64,000 nucleotides of DNA from Flaccisagitta enflata (lineage: Eukaryota). Position 1 is the stretch's first letter. Each line of letters opens with the position of its first letter. Positions 39,701 through 64,000 of this stretch are shown one piece after another. The position numbers and the translations under genes were made by a program. The notes below the pieces were generated by a model. That model saw only the letters and a program-made list of their open reading frames with translations, did not search any database and was not told the origin of the DNA. The stretch spans positions 20,522,001-20,586,000 of the forward strand of contig OZ231126.1 in assembly GCA_965153355.1 (NCBI GenBank), read 5' to 3'.

Positions 39701-42700
39701 CGATTCTATCGTCGACATCGAAGAACAAACTTTGAGAGATTCAACAGGCGCGGAAATTATTCGTATGCTCAAGACGAGTGAAAGCGAGATCATCGACGTT
39801 GAAAGTGACGACGAAACGGACGTCGGTGAGGGAAAGGAGGGACGAAGTCATCGAACGGCGCCGTTAACAGGGAAAAATTCGCCGGTGGAAGTTGTCGGCA
39901 AGGATAAGATGAATGAAGAATACGCGGCATTGCAAAAGGATGAAGTTGTACCTGTTGAGGAAATCGACCAAGAACTTAACGCGGAAGTTGGTATGGGTGG
40001 TCTGTTGGCCGATCAAGATTTTGAGGCCGGAGATGACGTTGAAGATAGTGATAAACTACAAGCGACCGTGCAAGGAGAAACGGATTTGCCAGATGAGGCT
40101 ACTTCTCTGGAGGCCTCTGCCAAATTGGAAGAGACTGATCAAGGGCTGTTATCATCTGTCGCCCAGGGAGATAACGGAAGGCAATTTTTCGACGAGGATA
40201 ACATCTCCAAGGACGAAATGTTTGTCGGCATCGAATTGGCGGCCCACGAGGAAGACTCGACGACGGAACCAATGGCCGCTGTCGAGGCTTCCGGCTCCGA
40301 CGGCAGCGGCTTCGAAGGCTACATCAGAATCGGCGGCGACTGCAAATGTCCCGGCCGGAAATTCCAGCGCGCGATTTTGGCGACTCCGGCGCCGGACGAA
40401 TTCCCCAAAAGAAAAATGTCTCACGAGAATCTCATCGGCAATCAAAGAAACGCCAACTGCATCTTGTTGGATGGATATTCTTTACTGAGTTTGGATCTGT
40501 CCAAAACCGAGTTGGATTCTGCCGTGCGACAAGTCCTGTTGGAAAAGATGTCGACGATCGACGATTGGGACGACTATTTCTGGAATAACGACTCTGACGC
40601 GGTTTGGCCTTCTGGCGCGGTTGATGGCGACGACGATGAATATTTTGAAACTGACATGGCACGTGGCAGCGGTTCAAGCGTAGAATTTGGCGTGCGAAAT
40701 TCTTTGAGCGAGAATGTCGGCGATGACATTCGAGACGATGACAACGGCGCGACGATCCAAGTGGCGCTGATGAAGGAAATGACATCCGTTTCTCAGTCGA
40801 CGTCACCTTTGGCAAATGCGGGTGAAGGTTCGCCAATTGTCAAAGAAAGAAGCGATAAAGGAGAAGAAGTGAAAGGTGACCAGTATGAAATATTCGAGTC
40901 GCGAGTCCGCGGGTTTCCGGTGTCTTCTTACGGCGTAGAAATGCCGACTGTCGTGCCGGTTGAAGCGTTTACCAAGGGGAAATGGGCGGAAATGGAGAAG
41001 TTGACTCTTGATGACACTGAGCATGAAGTCGAAGCCGATGTTGAGAATCTGGCGAGAGAACGACTCAGTGACGAGTTCCACGGCGCGGAGATGGCAGAGG
41101 TGGAAGTGGAAGTGGAAGCGGCTAAGATGATGGAAGAAGCGTCAGTCGATTTGAAAGAAAGAGATGATCCAAGTGAAGTCGATGATAACACTGTAGAGGA
41201 AGTTACGGTGCCGGAGCGAAAATTGTCGCTAACTGAATCGGACCCCGATGCCAACAAAGATGTTTGCCTTTCTCTTGGTCAGAAGTGGTCCCTTTCACAC
41301 GCGGCTCATCACGAAGAAGAAAATGCCGAGTCGGGAACGATTGAGAAGTTGGACGTGACTCTCGACACGACGATGAGGCGAGAACGTGCACAGACGGCTG
41401 AATCATCGCAAAAAGCCGTTGAGCCGGTCAGAAAATTATCCCATTCCAAGCCGTTACACGAGCCGTATCTCGGAAAGACCGACGTTACTTGTGGTCTGGA
41501 GCAAAAATTGTCCCTCAATCACGCGGGTCATTATTTGGAAGAAGAATCGGAGGCGGAAGCGACTCAGCATTTGGCAGACGCTTCGTTGGATTTGAAGTTG
41601 GGGAATAATAAGTCGGAAGAAGCTGACAATCTCCTTGGGGAAATGTTGGAGAGGCAACGGCGTTTGTCTCAAACGACCATATTGGAAGATCAGCAGGAGA
41701 CGTACTATGCTCATCAAAACCCACAGGAGAATGTACAACGGCAACTGGCAGAGATGCGTGAGACAGATGTCGCTTCCCGCCGTCAATTGGACCTCGACTC
41801 TCATGCGCAAAATGGGTATCTGGAGTCGAGAATTGACGTCCCTTCCATCCCTGATGCCGCTGAATTCAACTCGACGAATTTGGAAATCAACCGCCGTCGG
41901 TCATCTATCATCGAATCCAGCATCATTCCTCCAAGACTGGGAACAAACGCCGTCGAAATTCCGGAGGTGGAAAACTATGAATTCTGCGCCTCAAAAACGG
42001 CTTCCTTCGCTGGCGTGGATGTTGACCAGAGTATGACGATCGAGGCGCCATCTGATTTGAAAGAGAAGGTCGAAGGCGCCGCGGGCAACTGGAACATGAA
42101 GAAACCGAATAAATACAACAAGTTCGAAGATGAAGTCGAGATCGTGGACGAGTTGGAGCAGGCGCTGGAAATGGAAGGAGACGTCGAGAATCGTCCAAAG
42201 TCGGGAATGAATGAATTTTGCGCTTCAAAGAGAAACGACACCGCCGTGGAGCTGTCATTTGACGCCGATATTCCGGCACCGGCGGCGGAAACGACGGATC
42301 ATCCTAAGGAGCCAACCTCGGAGAATTGGCGGGATCTGCGCGGCAGGAATTTCCGCTTGGCGGAGGCGACGGTGGAAGCCAGAGCCAATTCCGGCGTCGC
42401 GTCGCCGGCGCCGGATTTTGCCGCCGAAGTTGTCGAATCGTCGGCGTCGAGGACTTCTTCTTTAACATCCGTCGAAGTGCTGGAAATGACGACGGCGGAG
42501 GAGAACGAGGCGATGACGAGAAAGATTCCGCCTTTGAAAGTGTCGGACAAATTCCGATTATTGGCGGAAATGGAAGCGGCGGGGAAAATGCGGTCGAGGC
42601 ATTTCGGGGAAGAGCATCGGAAGAATCTACCGCCGCCGCCGACGCCAACACCGACAAAGGCCAAACCGAACTCGCAATCGACGCGGCTTCCGACGCCAAC

Positions 42701-42736
42701 TCAGCAAGAGGATGTTGATCGTGACATGGTAACGGG

Positions 42737-42834
<98 letters not shown>

Positions 42835-42835
42835 C

Positions 42836-42881
<46 letters not shown>

Positions 42882-42887
42882 CTTTGC

Positions 42888-42946
<59 letters not shown>

Positions 42947-43182
42947 TTGTTGTTGTTGTTGTCTTTTTTGTTGTTGTTGTTGTTGTTGTTGTTGTTTTTG
43001 TTGTTGTTGTGTTTGATTTTAACGAACTGTTGTTTTTCATCCTTTTCTTTTTCTCATTTTCTTTTTTCTGTTTCTTCTGTTGTTCTTCTGTTGTTGTTTG
43101 TCGATAATGTTGCGCTGTTTTTGAAGTATGTTCTTTCCATCTTTCTTTTCCTTTTCTTTTTTTTCCCTCGTCTTCCTCGTCC

Positions 43183-43214
<32 letters not shown>

Positions 43215-43239
43215 GTTGCTGTTCTTGTTTTTGTTGTCG

Positions 43240-43318
<79 letters not shown>

Positions 43319-43679
43319 GTTTGGTTTTAGTGTACTGTTTTTTTTTCTTGTTCTCTTTTTCTTTCTTCGTCTTCTTCTTCTTCTTCTTCTTCTTCTTCTT
43401 CTTCTTCTTCTTCTTCTTCTTCTTCTTTTCCTTCTTCTTCTTCTTCTTCTTCTTCTTCTTCTTCTTCTTCTTCTTCTTCTTCTTCTTCTTCTTCTCCTTC
43501 TTTTTTTTCTTCTCATTCCTCTTTTTTCTTCCTCCTCTTCCTCATCCTCTTCTTCTTCTTCTTCGTCTTCTTCTTCTTCTTCTTCTTCTTCTTCTTCTTC
43601 TTCTTCTTCTTCTTCTTCTGTTACTTCTTCCACCGTTTCTTTTTAGCTCATATAACTTGTTGTTGTTGTTGTTGTTGTT

Positions 43680-43734
<55 letters not shown>

Positions 43735-44364
43735 GTGTTGTGGTTATCTTTGTTTTCGTTGTTGGTATTGTTGTTGATGCTGTCGTTGATCTTTTTTTCC
43801 TGTTTCTTCTTCTTCTTCTTCTTCTTCTTCTTCTTCTTCTTCTTCTTCTTCTTCTTCTTCTTCTTCTTCTTCTTCTCCTTCTTCTTCTTCTTCTACTTCT
43901 TCTTCTCCTTCTCCTCCTTCTTCTTCTTCTTCAAATTGAAAGTAACGAATTACCTTCTAACAGCGGACATTCCATGTTTCGTATAGGGTGATTTACCAAA
44001 TTCCTCAACTGTAAACCGCGCCCGAGATGCGGGCACGAGAATTGACGGCCCTGCGCCACCGATGCCACCGCCAGATGATTCCAAGCGCGCCACCGATGCA
44101 GACGGCGCCTCTTGGGCGGAGAGGAATCGTTCTCTGCTCATCGCCGGTGGAATCGCGACTATCGGCGCCGCGCTTTGGGCCTACACCGCCGGCGTTGGAT
44201 GCAAAAGTAACGGCGTCGGTAGTAATGCCGGATGCTGCGTGAGTAACAAAGGTTCAACGTCGTGGCGTGGGTCTAGACCGGAACTGGGCTTCGGGGAAGG
44301 GAGAACCTCAAAGTCGAGACATATGCAAAGAGGACCATCGATGAACATTTCGGATTCAAATTAG
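26343..44364 (+). CDS. Giant protein (about 2,400 aa): N-terminal ricin-B/beta-trefoil lectin-like domain, very long D/E-rich repetitive region, C-terminal hydrophobic anchor
   Basis: Phase-compatible exons 26343-26407, 26549-26675, 28051-28140, 28246-28332, 28479-28592, 28898-28969, 29074-29200, 32105-33738, 38142-42728, 43987-44364. The spliced N-terminus has three QxW/F subrepeats (FQLRCKNSGRDLE..RRQKWRY..IVNEETGRAITL..IDQHWVI..GFI..QKQIF). The last exon has LLIAGGIATIGAALWAYTAGVG. A possible extra donor at 44239 leaves the 3' end uncertain. Confidence 0.72.
27122..27740. mobile_element. Palindromic MITE with CACAGTG termini (Transib/Chapaev-like), intronic
   Basis: Inverted arms of about 300 bp starting CACAGTGGGCCTTAA; flanks TGCA / CGCA (4-bp TSD with one CpG-type change). 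Confidence 0.8.
29209..31913 (-). mobile_element. HINE-like element with (CCAGACTCAAA) and (AAATGAC) arrays, interrupted by a hAT-type element
   Basis: AACAAGGCCAACACCTATAAGT end and AGTCGCGTACACGCGACTAAA end, with (CCGA)n. Same family at about 52270-52668. Confidence 0.6.
29462..31002. mobile_element. Non-autonomous hAT-type element (TAGAGTTT...AAACTCTA; 8-bp TSD)
   Basis: CTCCAACC directly before 29462 and at 31003-31010; contains a short HINE at about 29697-29900. Confidence 0.7.
34358..36140. mobile_element. Non-autonomous TIR DNA element inserted in a HINE, intronic
   Basis: TIRs over 100 bp, CAGTCTATGGACATTTC...GAAATGTCCATAGACTG, with subterminal TTTCAAC..GTTGAAA palindromes. TSD unclear. 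Confidence 0.7.
42737..43932. repeat. Compound (TTG)n/(TTC)n microsatellite filling an intron
   Basis: Lies between the donor at 42729 and the acceptor at 43986. Confidence 0.95.
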
Positions 44365-44470
44365 AGAGGGGGCAAATGAAATGATAATGAAAGTAATATC
44401 GTAAACCGTCTGATTGGTAACGAAATTATACAAACTAGTGATTCCTTTCGCGATTTTGAATCTGGAGGAG

Positions 44471-44528
<58 letters not shown>

Positions 44529-44539
44529 ACACACACACA

Positions 44540-44611
<72 letters not shown>

Positions 44612-44662
44612 TTGAAAATAAAAGATGATGAAAAAGCATAGAGAGACAGAGAAGAAGGTTTT

Positions 44663-44694
<32 letters not shown>

Positions 44695-44718
44695 AGAACG
44701 GAGAGACATGAAAATAAG

Positions 44719-44791
<73 letters not shown>

Positions 44792-45008
44792 CAGAGACAG
44801 ACAGAGACAGAGAGAAACAGAGACGGAGACGGAGACGGAGACAGAGGAAGGCAACGAGAAATAGTTGTCCTAGATTTTTAATGTCCGAGTTTTCTGAAGC
44901 TAAGACATTCCATCATTTTTCTCGTTTCCGATTGGAAACACTCAAACACGCAAGGCCAAGGTGGAAGAAGAGGCGGAGAATCTATCGACTTTCTCTTGAT
45001 GTACTGAC

Positions 45009-45062
<54 letters not shown>

Positions 45063-45633
45063 CAGCAGCTAGCACTAAGAGAGAATCCTCATTCTCAAAC
45101 AATAAGATTTCATCCAGGAAAATTTTTTTATCCACTCATCAAATGTAAGCCCAATTCTTTGTCTCTGCCGCTTTCCTTGTTTCCTGCCCTGGATGAATCT
45201 TTTTGTTAAAAGAAGCGTCTACGGAAAAAAAAAAGAACATAAAAAACCTATAAGAGCTAAAGAGAAAAAATAACGAAAAAAAAGATGACGTGTGTAGAAA
45301 AACAGAACTGTCGCCCTCAACACGGATGATCTCCTTGAACACGAATCATAAAAAAGAAATCTACAAATGAAAAAAAAAAACAAGGGAAAAAAAAATAACA
45401 AAAAAAGGATGTCAGGAAAACGGAAAGGAAGACTTTTTTAGACGCAGGTAATAATGTTAAAGCGGAACCTATAAATCGTCTTTATCTTGTTACCTGTACT
45501 ATTAATGTTATTTTCAACCATCGTCGTAACGTCAGCTGGGTCAAGAGATCTAGAGATGACCAATAGACGCGCCCTCAAGGTTGCCCAGAGTTGTCTTTAT
45601 ATAGTGGTGTATGGGAGTACAGTTCTAGTATTA

Positions 45634-46250
45634 CTATCTAGAACAGAAGTATATCGGCAAGATCATTATCAGGCTGTTAATTCATCAAATGACTAAAAAA
45701 AAAACATAATTTGATCTTTGAGACTCTTTGCATGTACCTTGTGAACAACAATAACGGCCAAAATTATTTTCATATGCTCTTGAAGAGATATTTTGAGAAA
45801 GGATGACGCAGTCTTCCCTCACACCTTCAGAGCAGAATTTTTTTTATCCATATCAAATGATGCGCGATACATTCTCCATAGCTGCTTACTTACCAACCAT
45901 CTGATCTATAACCGAGTTTGGAGTGACCATGGAAATGACAAGGCAAGCCTATGGCATCGCTGTAGCAGCCTTAAAGTTAGACAACAACCTTAAACTAACA
46001 AAAAAATAACACTTGGCCAAGTACTAAAAGCGACAAGATATAAAATATAATTTTTCAGCCATTTTCATTTGAAGTTTTATTCTTGTTTTGCCCGTCATTT
46101 CTAAACAAATTGAGCTACAAGAACGCGGTTGGTGGCACTAGATCAGAAATTCGATGTAGTTTAAGAATCTCGCTGATTTTTATATGATTTTTTTATTTGT
46201 AGCAGAGATATGACCCAAAACGCTCGCCGATATATATATGTTCTAGATAG
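45634..46250. mobile_element. MITE with TA TSD (Tc1/mariner-type)
   Basis: TA|CTATCTAGAACA...ATATCGGC vs GCCGATAT...TGTTCTAGATAG|TA. Confidence 0.6.
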
Positions 46251-46588
46251 TAGTACATTTGAACCACGCTCTAACTGACCCGCCACCAACGGAATTCCGC
46301 CTATAACAGATGCAAATTCTTGGTCCAATCAAGTTAATGTTTCTTCTTCTTCTTCTTCTTCTTCTTCTTCTTCTTCTTCTTCTTCTTCTTCTTCTTCTTC
46401 TTCTTCTTCTTCTTCTTCTTCTTCTTCATCCTCTTTCACTTTTAGTCGTGGTCACGCGACTCTACACCCTGCTGTATCAGTCCGTTCGTCCGTCTGTCCG
46501 AAACATATCTGGATTGCAAGCAATTTTTTGCATCTATAAGTGCCCCTGCTAGTATCTCCGCGACTGTGGTGCCGGCCTTGTTCTTTTA

Positions 46589-46654
<66 letters not shown>

Positions 46655-47057
46655 CTGCTCTTTTTTTAATGAGGGGGGCGGGTGTTTTTTTTTGTTTTTT
46701 TTAGGCACCATGAATTGAGGCCATGAATTGTTTTGCATGATGTGGATTCGACTCTTTCAGTGTAAGGAGCAAACTGGGAAAAGGCGAAATAACCGAGTCC
46801 ATTTCGAGCAATAATCTAATTGTTATATGCTGTTGGATCAAAATTAGAATGGAAACTATTCTACTCAAAAGAAAATACGAAAGTTTTGAAAAGCCCATGC
46901 AATTACATTAGTTGGCATCTGTCGTGGGGACTTAAGCTGTGTGGGCCACGCGTTTGCCGGACTCAGAAAATTTTAATTCCCAGTCTCATATTTTTCTTGT
47001 CTTGTCTTCTGACCATTAAATCTGCAAACGTTCTTTCCTTTGTCCCATCGCTTGGCC

Positions 47058-64000
<16,943 letters not shown>

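Noticed and set aside
42729-43016. Poly-Cys C-terminus of the 1610-aa ORF
   Set aside because: Read-through into a (TTG)n intron after the ATG|GTAACG donor.

Overview
Repeat-rich eukaryotic (metazoan-type) genomic DNA with GT-AG introns, long microsatellites and many nested transposons. Host genes reconstructed by hand, with exon phases checked: the 3' part of ICA1/ICA69 (819-4709 +), DCTPP1 (5513-6283 +), two-exon Artemis/DCLRE1C (7177-12976 +), an uncharacterised 6-exon gene (17834-13501 -), a roughly 2,400-aa protein with a ricin-B (beta-trefoil) lectin-like domain, a giant acidic region and a C-terminal membrane anchor (26343-44364 +), and an uncharacterised gene running off the right end (47058->64000 +). 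Mobile DNA: an intact CR1/L2-group LINE ORF2 with a splice acceptor directly before its ATG and no ORF1; a young 11.8-kb LTR element (near-identical 494-bp LTRs, GATG TSD, PBS, PPT) that has only a stop-interrupted gag, no pol, and about 9 kb of intron-like cargo including a long imperfect inverted repeat; several MITEs and hAT-type elements, one with RSS-like CACAGTG-23-nonamer ends; and many Helentron-associated (HINE/DINE-1-like) elements carrying minisatellites. Most long ORFs in the supplied track are artefacts of tandem repeats. The organism cannot be determined from the sequence.
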